A stretch of 64,000 nt of DNA from Candidatus Bathyarchaeota archaeon (GTDB lineage: Archaea > Thermoproteota > Bathyarchaeia > Hecatellales > Hecatellaceae), in assembly GCA_052246995.1 (NCBI GenBank), contig JBQPWD010000001.1, forward strand, positions 64,001 to 128,000, read 5' to 3'. A program made the position numbers and the translations under genes. The notes under the pieces were generated by a model. It saw only the letters and a program-made list of their open reading frames with translations. It was not told where the DNA came from and made no database searches. Positions 28,049-38,191 of the stretch are shown here, piece by piece (within the stretch, counting starts at the first letter, position 1; each line of letters begins with the position of its first letter).

Positions 28049-28095
28049 CTCAAAAAAGAGAGGTTTACTGGTTAAATTTTAACTTTTAAAAAATT

Positions 28096-28761
28096 TTAAA
28101 TTGTTGATTTAACAGCTTCTTGTTGAACTTCACCATAAAGCATAGTTATAGACCTAGCTACAAAAACTGCAAATAGCGGTGTAGCAAACATTAGAATTAT
28201 CCAGCCGATAAACGGTATACTCCCGATCGCAGAAACAGCAATTCCAATTATAAAAACTACAATCAGCCAAATAAGGTATTTACCCCACCCTATCCTACCT
28301 ATTACTCCTATAATTTCACTAACAGCAAATGCTTTGGAAAAATTGTCCGTTTTAACCATGTGAACGATTCCTATGCTCATAACTATTGAAAAGATAAAAG
28401 CCAATGCTAAGCCAACTAAAAATAAAACACTGCTGAAGATAAAGGAAAGTATAGATTGATAAACTGTAAATACCGTTGGTGTTAATCCCGCCACTACCAT
28501 AATTATTAATGGTATTATCATGTAGACTATACTTACAATTACAATCTTTAAACCGTCAATCCACATTTTTAAAAATCCTTCAAATTTAGGCGGGGTGTTG
28601 CTTGTCGGAGTCTGTCTTATAACGTTACATGCGTAACCTAAAACAACAAAATTTACTACTGGTATAATACTTAAAATTGCGAGAATAATAAGTCTACCAA
28701 CATCCTTACTAAAATCTCTGGTGTAGTTAAAAGCTTCGCTAAAAGTTTCTTCAATCCTCAA
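28096..28761 (-). CDS. DUF4013-family membrane protein
   Basis: IIPVVNFVVLGY, MWIDGLK and AF...EI motifs; 4-5 TM. Confidence 0.85.
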   Translation of the reverse strand: MRIEETFSEAFNYTRDFSKDVGRLIILAILSIIPVVNFVVLGYACNVIRQTPTSNTPPKFEGFLKMWIDGLKIVIVSIVYMIIPLIIMVVAGLTPTVFTVYQSILSFIFSSVLFLVGLALAFIFSIVMSIGIVHMVKTDNFSKAFAVSEIIGVIGRIGWGKYLIWLIVVFIIGIAVSAIGSIPFIGWIILMFATPLFAVFVARSITMLYGEVQQEAVKSTI

Positions 28762-28763
28762 CT

Positions 28764-29513
28764 TTAACTCACCTCAACAGTTTTACCTCTCTTAGCTCTT
28801 CCAGTTCTTCTTGCAGCGATTAATCCGACCTTTTGTCCTGGTGGTGCGTGGCGTGAAACAGTTGAAGGTTTGCCTACATGCCTATGCCTGCCTCCGCCAA
28901 ATGGATGTGAGGCTGCAACCATAGCTACTCCTCTAACTCTTGGCCACTTTCTTCCTCGTGACCTCATAAGGTAATATTTCTCTCCAGCCTTCATGAATGG
29001 TTTATCAGTTCTACCTGAACCTGCAACAACACCTATTGTTGCTAAAGCATTGTTGTTAACTATGGCAGTTTTTCCGGATGTAAGCTTAATAGTAGTTCCG
29101 TAAGGCGTGTGAGCAATTATAATGGCGTAGCTACCTGAGGCTCTAGCAAATTTTCCACCATCCATCGGTAGTTTTTCAACATTACATACAATGGTTCCCT
29201 CGGGTATTTGTGATACTGGTAGAATGTTTCCAACCTCCAAACGGTCACCACCGATATAGATTTCCTGTCCTTCGTACATTCCCTCGCATGCAACATTGTA
29301 AAATACCCTGCCATCCTCACATCTAATCATTGCTAAAGGTGCTCCCCTACCAGGATCGTGAAGAAGTTTTTCAACAAAACCACGGATAGGCTGCTTGGTA
29401 GCTATGCTTAATAAAGCCGGAGGGTATTCTACAGAAGCAACCCTGTAGATGGTGTGAGCTCTAAATGTGAATGTTCCTCTTCCCCTACGTTGAACGAGAA
29501 TTTTTTTACCCAT
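28764..29513 (-). CDS. rpl2: 50S ribosomal protein uL2
   Basis: MGKKILVQRRGRG, HDPGRGAPLA, VRGVAM...HPFGGG, PPGQKVGLIAARRTG. Confidence 0.97.
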   Translation of the reverse strand: MGKKILVQRRGRGTFTFRAHTIYRVASVEYPPALLSIATKQPIRGFVEKLLHDPGRGAPLAMIRCEDGRVFYNVACEGMYEGQEIYIGGDRLEVGNILPVSQIPEGTIVCNVEKLPMDGGKFARASGSYAIIIAHTPYGTTIKLTSGKTAIVNNNALATIGVVAGSGRTDKPFMKAGEKYYLMRSRGRKWPRVRGVAMVAASHPFGGGRHRHVGKPSTVSRHAPPGQKVGLIAARRTGRAKRGKTVEVS

Positions 29514-29662
29514 TTTCTATAACCCAGGATTTCATTAAGGTAGTGTTCAACACCACTATAACCATTACGCGATTTAATAAGAGCAGATTGGGGTATAAAA
29601 GTTTAGCTATCAAATCAGAACATTTATTATCTAAAACTCTAAACAATATTGGTTGAAGTTTT

Positions 29663-30748
29663 ATGAGTAAGGCTACTTTGGAACTTTTAGATGTTAGAGA
29701 GGCACTTAAGAAACTTGCATTAACAAGGCATAAACTGATTGAACCTTTAAAACCTGTCTCCAACCTTCACCAACCAGTTTTCTGGAGTGAAAATGCCGCT
29801 CTTTACGAGTACTCTGCCTACTTAGCCTTATACTCTAGGGAGTTTAAAAAAGCCGGGGAATTCTTTTATAATGCTTACACATGTTACGCTTTGGCCACTC
29901 ATCTTGCTAAAGCAATGTGGAATCCAAAGCTGGCTTGGGATTTTTACCAAAAACTTGCTGAATGCTATAGTTTATATGTTGATGTTTGTAGGAAAATTGG
30001 TCTGCACAACATAGAAAAGGTTTACTTTAGTAGTGAAGGTTTAAAACTTACAGGATACCTTCATATTCCAACAACTGCCAGAAAAAACTATCCTGCTGTT
30101 ATTCTATGTCATGGTGCAGCAGGATGTAAAGATTCGCGTATAATTGAAAGTATTGCAAAGTTCTTAAATGAAAACAATATTGCCGCTTTCCGCATTGACA
30201 TTAGAGGTCACGGAGAAAGCGAAGGTGTTTTTAGCCTTAAAGGTTGGTTGGAAGATATTAACTCGGCTATCCTTTACTTAACCAAAAGAATTGAAATAGA
30301 TCCTGAGAGGATAGGTTTACTTGGTCATAGTCTTGGCGGAAGTTTGGGTCTGGTTAGTGCTGTAAAAAATCAAGCTATAAAGGCTTACGCAGGCTTAGCT
30401 CCAGCATCAAACCTTAAACCCATAATTCCATTTGTAATTGCAAGCTACAAACTAAAGGAATTTAAATTTTCCGATGACATCACACCAGAAAATGTTGAGA
30501 AGTTTGTTGAGGAAAATAATCCTATAAACCTTGTTAATAAACTTCAAAAACCCATCCTACTAACCTACGGAGACAATGACGAATTTCTACATGTTTTAAA
30601 AATCAATGAACTTTTTGAGAAAGCTAATGAACCTAAAGAATTAAAAGTTGTTAAGGATGCAGACCATGTTTTTCTAAACCCCGATAAGATGGAGGAGTGT
30701 TCACGTTTTATAGCTGAATGGTTTAAAAAAACCTTAAGTGTAAATTAG
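29663..30748 (+). CDS. alpha/beta hydrolase with helical N-terminal domain (FrsA/DHPON-hydrolase-like)
   Basis: CHG, GHSLGG nucleophile elbow, YGDNDE, DADH catalytic His. Confidence 0.85.
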   Translation: MSKATLELLDVREALKKLALTRHKLIEPLKPVSNLHQPVFWSENAALYEYSAYLALYSREFKKAGEFFYNAYTCYALATHLAKAMWNPKLAWDFYQKLAECYSLYVDVCRKIGLHNIEKVYFSSEGLKLTGYLHIPTTARKNYPAVILCHGAAGCKDSRIIESIAKFLNENNIAAFRIDIRGHGESEGVFSLKGWLEDINSAILYLTKRIEIDPERIGLLGHSLGGSLGLVSAVKNQAIKAYAGLAPASNLKPIIPFVIASYKLKEFKFSDDITPENVEKFVEENNPINLVNKLQKPILLTYGDNDEFLHVLKINELFEKANEPKELKVVKDADHVFLNPDKMEECSRFIAEWFKKTLSVN

Positions 30749-30758
30749 AGGAAAAGGT

Positions 30759-31040
30759 TTAAAGTATTCCCACCTTTATTGCTAACTCTGAAGCCTTATA
30801 ATCTGGCTTAAGCTTGATAAAAGCTTTTTTCTCGCCTTTAGGGGTTATCAGTATGTTAACCTTTTCAACCTTAACATTGTAAAGTTTTTCAAATACCTGC
30901 TTAATCTCTTTTTTAGAGGCTTTCTTATCAACTATAAAAATAAGCTTGTTTTCTGTTTCTATAAGGTTTATAGCATCTTCTGTTACAACAGGATAGAATA
31001 TTATTTTCCCGGCTTTTTCCAACTCAACAGTCTCGCTCAT
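30759..31040 (-). CDS. rpl23: 50S ribosomal protein uL23
   Basis: PVVTEDA, ENKLIFIVD, KVN...KKAFIKL. Confidence 0.96.
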   Translation of the reverse strand: MSETVELEKAGKIIFYPVVTEDAINLIETENKLIFIVDKKASKKEIKQVFEKLYNVKVEKVNILITPKGEKKAFIKLKPDYKASELAIKVGIL

Positions 31041-31054
31041 TAGCCAATCCTCCT

Positions 31055-31873
31055 TTAACTTAAGATTTCATCTAAAATCTTTATTGCAGGTTCACTCCAA
31101 ATAGTTAACCTTCCAACATGTGTTCCAGGTGCAAATAACTCTACATTAAGGCTTTTAACTAAAGCAACGTCTACACCAGAAATGTTTGCCGCAGCCTTAC
31201 TAATACCTTTATCCTCTTTAACAACTATTAGAGGCCCTTTAGCTTGTTTAATTCTTCTACCTCTCATTTTACCCTTACCCGCTCTAACTCTCCTACTATT
31301 CTTAACCCTTTCCAACTCTTCCTCAAGTTTTAAGTTTTTTAAAACTTCAAAAAGTCTTCCAGCATTTTTAATCTCCTCAATTTTACCATCAACAACAACC
31401 GGAAGGACAGGTATGCCGTCAACTTTATGTCCTCGCTTCAAAACTAAATCTTTTTTAGCTGTTGCTGCTATGGCTGACTTTAAAGCAAGCTTTTTTTCTT
31501 TCTTATTAATCTTTTTAATAATCCTTTTTTCAGGAGTTGGTGGATGGGCCAGTCTGCCGCCAACAGTTCCAGGTGCAAAAGCACCTTGACCTGCTTTAGG
31601 ATAACCTGAACCCTTAACTCTTGGGATTCTTGCTATCCCTAAACCAACCCCCCTAGATTCCGCTGTTGTTTTTTTACCAGCCATAGGGTCTCTACCTTTA
31701 GGTTGAAGTCTCATGGATTGAATAGAAAGAATTGCTTTCCTAACTAGGTCTGGTCTTACAGGTGTTTTAAAAATTGATGAAATCTTTACATTTCCAATAA
31801 TCTCTCCATTTAAACCATATACTGGTACCTCGCTTAACTCATTAAATTTTTCAGTTTCTTCACTGGTGCTCAT
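31055..31873 (-). CDS. rpl4: 50S ribosomal protein uL4
   Basis: RPDLV, AESRGVGLGIARIPR, RAGKGKMRGRR, APGTHVGRLTIWS. Confidence 0.97.
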   Translation of the reverse strand: MSTSEETEKFNELSEVPVYGLNGEIIGNVKISSIFKTPVRPDLVRKAILSIQSMRLQPKGRDPMAGKKTTAESRGVGLGIARIPRVKGSGYPKAGQGAFAPGTVGGRLAHPPTPEKRIIKKINKKEKKLALKSAIAATAKKDLVLKRGHKVDGIPVLPVVVDGKIEEIKNAGRLFEVLKNLKLEEELERVKNSRRVRAGKGKMRGRRIKQAKGPLIVVKEDKGISKAAANISGVDVALVKSLNVELFAPGTHVGRLTIWSEPAIKILDEILS

Positions 31874-31885
31874 TAAACTTTACAC

Positions 31886-32869
31886 CTAAACATGGACGTA
31901 GGTTAAATTTGGAGTTTTAGCCTCCATAGACTGTCTAATGGAGTATCTTAAAACTATTAAACGTTTAACGGATCCTGGAACACTTCCCTTAACAAGTAAA
32001 TATTGACTTCTGATTACACCATACCTTTTAAGCCCACCTTTGGGTGTAATCTCTGAACCATTTTTACCTATCTTGACTATTCTCTTATTAAATTCTGTTC
32101 TTTGATGAAAGCCGAGCTGACCTGGTCTTGGAACACTCCACATAACGTCATGAGGACTCCAAGGTCCGATACATCCAACTCCTCTTTTCGTTTTACGTGA
32201 CTTATGTTGAAGACGACGTACACCAAAACGCTTTATTGGCCCCTGAAAACCCTTACCCTTACTAACCGCAATAACATCTACATACTGTCCTTCACTAAAA
32301 ACATCTGCAACTGTTACACGCTTACCCAGTATACTTTTAGCATATTCAAACTTCTCCTTAATATTCTCCCCTCCAATAGCAACCTCCAAAATATCAGGCT
32401 TCTTTTTCGGCAATCCTGCTTCTCTTGGGATAGTTGCAACTAAAACCCTGATTTCAGCAATTTTATCGATGTTTTCCTCTATTTTTTTAAGTTTTTCTTC
32501 ACTATCATGATTTTTAGGTGGTTTTAAAGCTCTATGAACATCTTCTGGAACTTCTTTACTCCAAACTTCTGTAAACGTTTTTAAACCGTCAAAGGTTTTT
32601 TCATATGTTCTTAAGGCAATAACCCAGAGAGGTGGAGTTTCTACTATTGTTAAAGGACAGAAAACTTCCTTACCATAGTTAGGTGAAAACTTGTTATCTT
32701 CAATAATAAAACCATAAGTCATTCCAGCCTTATACCCTGCAAAACATAAAAGCGTGCATTTTTTAGCTTCAGGCCAAGACCTAACCCTAGGCACAATACT
32801 CCTGGTACGCTTCCTAGGGTAAAATGCTAAGCTTCCCCTTCTTGGCGCATGTGTTCTTCTATGTCCCAT
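31886..32869 (-). CDS. rpl3: 50S ribosomal protein uL3
   Basis: MGHRRTHAPRRGSL, GYKAGMT, KGKGFQGPIKRFG, GQLGFHQRTEFNK; start at ATG 32869. Confidence 0.97.
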   Translation of the reverse strand: MGHRRTHAPRRGSLAFYPRKRTRSIVPRVRSWPEAKKCTLLCFAGYKAGMTYGFIIEDNKFSPNYGKEVFCPLTIVETPPLWVIALRTYEKTFDGLKTFTEVWSKEVPEDVHRALKPPKNHDSEEKLKKIEENIDKIAEIRVLVATIPREAGLPKKKPDILEVAIGGENIKEKFEYAKSILGKRVTVADVFSEGQYVDVIAVSKGKGFQGPIKRFGVRRLQHKSRKTKRGVGCIGPWSPHDVMWSVPRPGQLGFHQRTEFNKRIVKIGKNGSEITPKGGLKRYGVIRSQYLLVKGSVPGSVKRLIVLRYSIRQSMEAKTPNLTYVHV

Positions 32870-32921
32870 ACCAGCCCACTGTTGATTTTGCTGCAAAACA
32901 ACACATTAAAACTGTTAATAT

Positions 32922-33209
32922 TTAAGCTTTACCAAAATCCATTAAAAAGGTTGTTGGTGTAGACAAGCCTTTTAGACTTTCAACGTAAAAAAAGATGTAA
33001 AGTAGTTCTTTAAAAAAAGCTACAATTGCTAATAAAACGACTAAAACACCAATCCACGTGGCAATATCTGATACGATTAATGGCTTACCTTGAAATAAAA
33101 GCTTAACTAACGGTAAATAAAATTTTGCTAAAAGCCAGCTTGTAGCAAGGAACGTTACCCAAAAAAATGTTATAAGCAGAAAAAGCCTTAAAACTCTACC
33201 TTTAACCAT
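32922..33209 (-). CDS. small hypothetical membrane protein (2 TM)
   Basis: Two hydrophobic helices; 1 nt from the aglH stop. Confidence 0.6.
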   Translation of the reverse strand: MVKGRVLRLFLLITFFWVTFLATSWLLAKFYLPLVKLLFQGKPLIVSDIATWIGVLVVLLAIVAFFKELLYIFFYVESLKGLSTPTTFLMDFGKA

Positions 33210-33210
33210 C

Positions 33211-34209
33211 TTAACCTACCATAAAAATAGCTGTTAAAATTGTAAGAAAACCTGAAAAAACATGTAAAATTATGATAACTTTTACAATTTCAACCTCTTT
33301 TAATGGTGTTTCTGCAACAATTATCCTTGTTAATGTTACTGGTGCTTTTAAACTTAAACTTGAAGATAAAAGTTCACCCTTAATTAGAATAGTTGGTCTA
33401 TCTTTAATTTCCCTTCTCTCTTTGAAACCACCTAAGCTTGAGACTATAAGTAAACTATTTATAAGAGATGGTATAAAGATAATCAACGTTAAGATTTCTA
33501 ACTCTCCAATTATAGCTGTAAGCGCAAAGGCTACACCTAAGGTTAAGCTTCCAACATCACCAGCAAAAACTTTTGCCGGATGCTTGTTGTAGATGTAAAA
33601 GGCGTAACTTGTTAATGTTAGTGAAAGATATAAAGGTAAAACCTCAAACTTACCAAGAATCGTTGAAATTAAAGCCAGAAATCCTGCTGAAACCGTTGAA
33701 ACCCCAGCCATTGACCCGTTAACAACATCTATCATGTTTAACGTGTTTCCAAGAATGGTCACGAGGGCTGGGATAACTATCAATGGGTAGATTATGGTTA
33801 ACCTAATTTTACCAATAAAAGGTAAAGCTGGATATGGTTGGTATTCTCCAAGCAAAATAAATGGTATTGATGTTAAAGCTACAAGAAAAACTTTTTGTAA
33901 AGCATTCAACGGCTTAAACCAGTCAACAACCCCTAAGATAGCGGCTAAAATTAAAGTTAAAAGTAAAGATAAAAGCTTTAAAACGTCTGCAGAAAAAATT
34001 GTTAAAGTCACTAGTGAAGCAGTTAACCCTAAAAATATTGATAACCCGCACATTTCTGGAATCTTACTTTTAGATTCTTTGTGAACGTCAATCCCAACAA
34101 TTCCTCTTTTACGCATAAAATCAGCTATTTTTGGGGTAAAAAAGTAAACAGTAATAAAGCTTACAACTCCAGATGTAATTGCTTGGATGGCAACATTCTG
34201 GTTTACCAA
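33211..34209 (-). CDS. aglH: UDP-GlcNAc:dolichol-phosphate GlcNAc-1-P transferase (MraY/GPT family)
   Basis: GIDVHK, IPEMCG, NTLNMIDVVNG, PAKVFAGDVG; multi-TM. Confidence 0.85.
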   Translation of the reverse strand: MVNQNVAIQAITSGVVSFITVYFFTPKIADFMRKRGIVGIDVHKESKSKIPEMCGLSIFLGLTASLVTLTIFSADVLKLLSLLLTLILAAILGVVDWFKPLNALQKVFLVALTSIPFILLGEYQPYPALPFIGKIRLTIIYPLIVIPALVTILGNTLNMIDVVNGSMAGVSTVSAGFLALISTILGKFEVLPLYLSLTLTSYAFYIYNKHPAKVFAGDVGSLTLGVAFALTAIIGELEILTLIIFIPSLINSLLIVSSLGGFKERREIKDRPTILIKGELLSSSLSLKAPVTLTRIIVAETPLKEVEIVKVIIILHVFSGFLTILTAIFMVG

Positions 34210-34211
34210 TC

Positions 34212-34757
34212 TTAACCATCAAGCCTCTTGATTAATTCTTCAACATTGGTTTTTTTAACTAAAAAAAGGTCTAAAATCTTTAATGTTGCCTCATGATTTT
34301 CCTTTGATGGTGATGCAATACAATCTACTGGAAGAATAATTTCATATCCTAATTCCAAACCGTCCATGATTGTTTTTAGTACACATCCTTCAGTTCTTAT
34401 TCCTGAAATAATAAGAGTTTTTATCATTTTGTATCTTAGAAGGAAATCTAAGTTTGAAGCATAAAACGCGCTAAGCCTTGGCTTTTCAACTATAATATCC
34501 TCTTTTTCTGGTGAAAGCTCATCTATTATCCCCCATCCACTTGTTCCTTTTATTGTGTGTGGGGGGAGGTTAAACCTTGTAAACATAGGGTCATCTCTAA
34601 GTCTTGTATCGCAAACATAAATGACAGGGAAACCTTTTTCCCGAGCTTTTTCGGTCAAGATTTTAATTTTTGAAATTATGTGCAAACAGAATCTTCCAAC
34701 ATTATCTTTTTGCATATCTATAACTAAAACAGCGTTTCTACTCATGTTCATCAACAA
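34212..34757 (-). CDS. cysteine hydrolase (isochorismatase/nicotinamidase family)
   Basis: VIDMQ, EKPRLSAF and GIRTEGCV motifs. Confidence 0.9.
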   Translation of the reverse strand: MLMNMSRNAVLVIDMQKDNVGRFCLHIISKIKILTEKAREKGFPVIYVCDTRLRDDPMFTRFNLPPHTIKGTSGWGIIDELSPEKEDIIVEKPRLSAFYASNLDFLLRYKMIKTLIISGIRTEGCVLKTIMDGLELGYEIILPVDCIASPSKENHEATLKILDLFLVKKTNVEELIKRLDG

Positions 34758-34837
34758 GCTTAATAAGATTAATATTTAATTTAGTATGGTAGGTTTTTTA
34801 ATCCTTACCTCTTCCTGTAAAATATGTGGGGTAAAAA

Positions 34838-35941
34838 ATGGAGATATCCCTAGCTGGCTTAGATAGCTTAAGGAAGTATTTTCGCGAGGTTTATGGACCT
34901 AACACAGAGATACTTAGAATTTTGGAGATGACTTCTGGCAGGGAGAAACGTGGTGAGGAGATTAAGGGCTTTGGCTATGGTGTCCCATACTTGATTGAGG
35001 TTTCAGTTGATGGTGAGGTTAAGAAGGTTGTCCTTGAAACTATTAGGCCGAGCGGGTTTGGACATGAGCATTTCTCAGATAGGGCGCAGATACTTCTCTG
35101 GCAACACTCAGCCTTCAACAACCTTCCAAGACATGTTAAGTCAATCGATGTTGGAGCATTTACAACCAGCGGAAACCTCAAGTCTCTTGGAAACTGTAAA
35201 GAATTCTTTGTAGTAACGGAGTTTGTCGAGGGAAAACTATACTACTTAGACCTAGAAGCCATAAAAACACGTGGTGAACTGTTACGCCTTGATGTTGAAC
35301 GATGCATAACGCTATCCAACTATCTTGTTGAGGTTCACTCAGTTAAGGGTTTAGGCTTAGAATCGCTTTACGTCAGACGTGTTAGGGATCTTGTTGGACA
35401 TGGAGAGTGTATAATGGGTTTGATAGACAGCTATCCATCCGGGCTTAACTATGTAGACGAGAAAACTTTAATGGAGATTGAACGTAGGTGTGTTGAGTGG
35501 CGTTGGAAACTTAAGAAGAAAGCCTATAGGTGTGCTAGGGTTCACGGAGACTTCCACCCTTTTAACGTGTTATTTAGGGAAGGAACTGACTTTACAGTTC
35601 TCGACCGTAGCAGAGGTGAATGGGGTGAACCTGCCGACGATGTTGCAGCAATGAGCATAAACTACATATTTTATAGTTTGCTAACTTATGGTGAGCTGAG
35701 CGGTCCTTTTAAAGAGTTGTACGAATCCTTCATATGGAGTTATGTTGAACGTACAGGTGATAAAGAGCTGTTCAGCGTAATCCAACCATTCTACGCTTGG
35801 CGTGGCTTAGTTCTAGCTAGTCCAATATGGTATCCAAGTATTTCAAACGAGATAAGACACAAGCTTTTCCGCTTTATAGTTAACGTTCTGAACCAAGAGT
35901 TTTTCAAGCCCGATAAAATTAACGAGTACTGTTCTTGTTAA
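34838..35941 (+). CDS. aminoglycoside-phosphotransferase/choline-kinase-like (APH-fold) kinase
   Basis: Brenner motif HGDFHPFN, LDRSRGEWGEPADD. Confidence 0.85.
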   Translation: MEISLAGLDSLRKYFREVYGPNTEILRILEMTSGREKRGEEIKGFGYGVPYLIEVSVDGEVKKVVLETIRPSGFGHEHFSDRAQILLWQHSAFNNLPRHVKSIDVGAFTTSGNLKSLGNCKEFFVVTEFVEGKLYYLDLEAIKTRGELLRLDVERCITLSNYLVEVHSVKGLGLESLYVRRVRDLVGHGECIMGLIDSYPSGLNYVDEKTLMEIERRCVEWRWKLKKKAYRCARVHGDFHPFNVLFREGTDFTVLDRSRGEWGEPADDVAAMSINYIFYSLLTYGELSGPFKELYESFIWSYVERTGDKELFSVIQPFYAWRGLVLASPIWYPSISNEIRHKLFRFIVNVLNQEFFKPDKINEYCSC

Positions 35942-36363
35942 GAAACCAGAGAAACCCTGACAAGCTCGGTTAAAAATTCATTTACAGACAACACGTCTAA
36001 CTCAATTCTAATCTTTCCTTTACATGTAAGAAAAGATGAAATTTTTGGAAAATCTTACTCAACTCTTTTTTCATAAATGTTTCAGTTAAAGCAAAACTAT
36101 ATCTACTTTTTACAAACAAAAAATACCCGTCTAGAAAAACTACAAAGTAGGAAGGTTGGATGGTATCAGTATAATAAAAATATCCCTAGAATAATGAAAT
36201 AAAATCCCTGCTAAACCTTTTTTAACGATATTTATTCTAAGCTTTCCACCATTTTCATGAACAAAACTATCGGCTTTGTTGTTTGAAAGAGTATGTAGTG
36301 TTTTCTTCCTCTAAAGGTAAAAAGTTAAGAAACGCGGTTTACCCTAGTCAAAACTTTTTTAGG

Positions 36364-36933
36364 TTAAACTGTTTCATTAAACCTAACCTTAAGAAATTTT
36401 TTCTCTAAAACAGAGTAGATTTTTTCAACACATTTTTTTAGTGTTAACTTGTCAGTTTCAACTATAACTTCCGGGTTTAATGGTTCCTCGTAGGGTGAAC
36501 CTAAACCTGGAACTGTTTTACTTTCTCCTTTAAAAGCTTTATCGTAGATTTTTGGTGGTGCACCAAATCTTCCTTCCCTCTTTCTTTCTCTTTCAATACA
36601 AACATGAAGAGGACATTTAACATAAACTTCCATAAATTTTTCAACTTCTTTCCTAGCCTTTTCCCTGTATTTTCTTTTATTTCCTGTGGCGTCTATCAAA
36701 ACGTTAACCTCATTATTAGTTAAAATTTTCACAACAAAAACAAGAACATCATAAACCAGGTCTCTCTCTTCCTCACTATAAGTAGGATTTGGAGTTAAAA
36801 CTCTTCTAAGCATATCTAAAGATAAAACTTGAACATTTACCCCTTTTTTCATAAGTTTCTTAGCTAAAAGATTTGTTAAAGTTGACTTTCCAGAGCCTGG
36901 TAAACCTGTAAGCCATACCGCCCACCCGTTCAT
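36364..36933 (-). CDS. adenylyl-sulfate kinase-like P-loop kinase
   Basis: WLTGLPGSGKST, EVYVKCPL...R and YEEPLNPE motifs; the usual LDGD reads LSLD. Confidence 0.8.
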   Translation of the reverse strand: MNGWAVWLTGLPGSGKSTLTNLLAKKLMKKGVNVQVLSLDMLRRVLTPNPTYSEEERDLVYDVLVFVVKILTNNEVNVLIDATGNKRKYREKARKEVEKFMEVYVKCPLHVCIERERKREGRFGAPPKIYDKAFKGESKTVPGLGSPYEEPLNPEVIVETDKLTLKKCVEKIYSVLEKKFLKVRFNETV

Positions 36934-37011
36934 AATATTCCACCAACCAAAGAGATTATTATTTATTTAGTTACATTTTCATTTATATCTAAACGTTAAA
37001 GGTGTTAAAAT

Positions 37012-38178
37012 TTGGACTTTGAACTTACCTCTGAACAAAAAATGATCATAGATGTTGCCGCAGAAATAGCAAAAAAATTTGGTCCTGAATATTGGAGAGA
37101 AAAGGACAGGAAACACGAGTTTGGTGAAGAATTCTGGAGGACTCTTGTTGATGCGGGTATTGTTGGATTGATGTTTCCAGAGGAGTACGGTGGTGGTAAT
37201 TTGGGTATGTTGGAAATGGCTTTAGCAATGGAAACATTGGCTGCTGAAGGTTGTGGACTTGCTGGGCCCTGGTATCTTGTTCTTACATCCATCTTTGGTG
37301 GGGTTACCCTGCTTAAACATGGAAGTAAGGAGCAAAAAGAAAAATATCTTCCAATGATGGCTAAGGGTGGCGAATTTTGTATGGCTTTAACAGAACCTGA
37401 TGCGGGTACTAACACGTTTAATATTAAAACTTTTGCCAGACAAGAAGGAGACAAGTATATTATCAATGGACAGAAAATTTTTATTTCGGGAGCTGACCGT
37501 GCTAAAGGTATGCTTATTGTAGCTAGAACAACCCCCCCTGAGAAAGCTCCTAAAAGAAGTCTGGGAATAACTCTTTTTGTTGTAGACTTACCAAATCCGG
37601 CGGTTGAGGTTATTCCTATAGAAAAGCATGGAATACATTACTCGAACAGCTGTGAAGTGTACGTTAATGAGCTTGAAGTTTCCAAAGAAAACATAGTTGG
37701 GGAGAAGGATAGAGGTTGGTACAATTTACTGGATACGTTAAATACTGAACGTATAACCTTTTCAGTTGCTTGCGTAGGTATTGGATTATTAGCGTTAAAA
37801 AAAGCCGCTGAATACGCAAAAGTCAGAAATGTTTTTGGAGTTCCTATAGGTGCTCACCAGGGAGTGCAGTTCCCGCTAGCCGCATCAAGGTCAAAACTTG
37901 AGGCTGCTAGACTTTTAACCTACAAGGCCGCTAAACTTTTTGATGAAAATAAGCCCTGTGGTGCTGAAACAAATATGGCTAAGGTTGTTGCTGTTGAAGC
38001 AGGCATTGAAGCCGTATACCACTCTATGCAAACATTTGGAGGTTATGGTTATGCTGTGGAATATGATGTTGAACGTTGGTGGAGGGAGATAAACTTAGTC
38101 CGGCTTGCACCCATAACCCATCAAATGGCTTTAGCTTTTGTAGGTGAACATGTTTTAGGTTTACCAAAATCCTACTAA
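37012..38178 (+). CDS. acyl-CoA dehydrogenase
   Basis: ALTEPDAGT, INGQKIFIS, LNTER, QTFGGYGY motifs. Confidence 0.93.
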   Translation: MDFELTSEQKMIIDVAAEIAKKFGPEYWREKDRKHEFGEEFWRTLVDAGIVGLMFPEEYGGGNLGMLEMALAMETLAAEGCGLAGPWYLVLTSIFGGVTLLKHGSKEQKEKYLPMMAKGGEFCMALTEPDAGTNTFNIKTFARQEGDKYIINGQKIFISGADRAKGMLIVARTTPPEKAPKRSLGITLFVVDLPNPAVEVIPIEKHGIHYSNSCEVYVNELEVSKENIVGEKDRGWYNLLDTLNTERITFSVACVGIGLLALKKAAEYAKVRNVFGVPIGAHQGVQFPLAASRSKLEAARLLTYKAAKLFDENKPCGAETNMAKVVAVEAGIEAVYHSMQTFGGYGYAVEYDVERWWREINLVRLAPITHQMALAFVGEHVLGLPKSY

Positions 38179-38191
38179 AATGGCATGGCTT

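Noticed and set aside
29471-29763. Two short ORFs spanning the rpl2/hydrolase divergent gap
   Set aside because: They overlap real genes and the promoter region and show no homology cues.
35942-36363. 420-nt gap between convergent kinase genes as a possible gene remnant or sRNA
   Set aside because: No convincing ORF, repeat or stable structure could be identified by eye.
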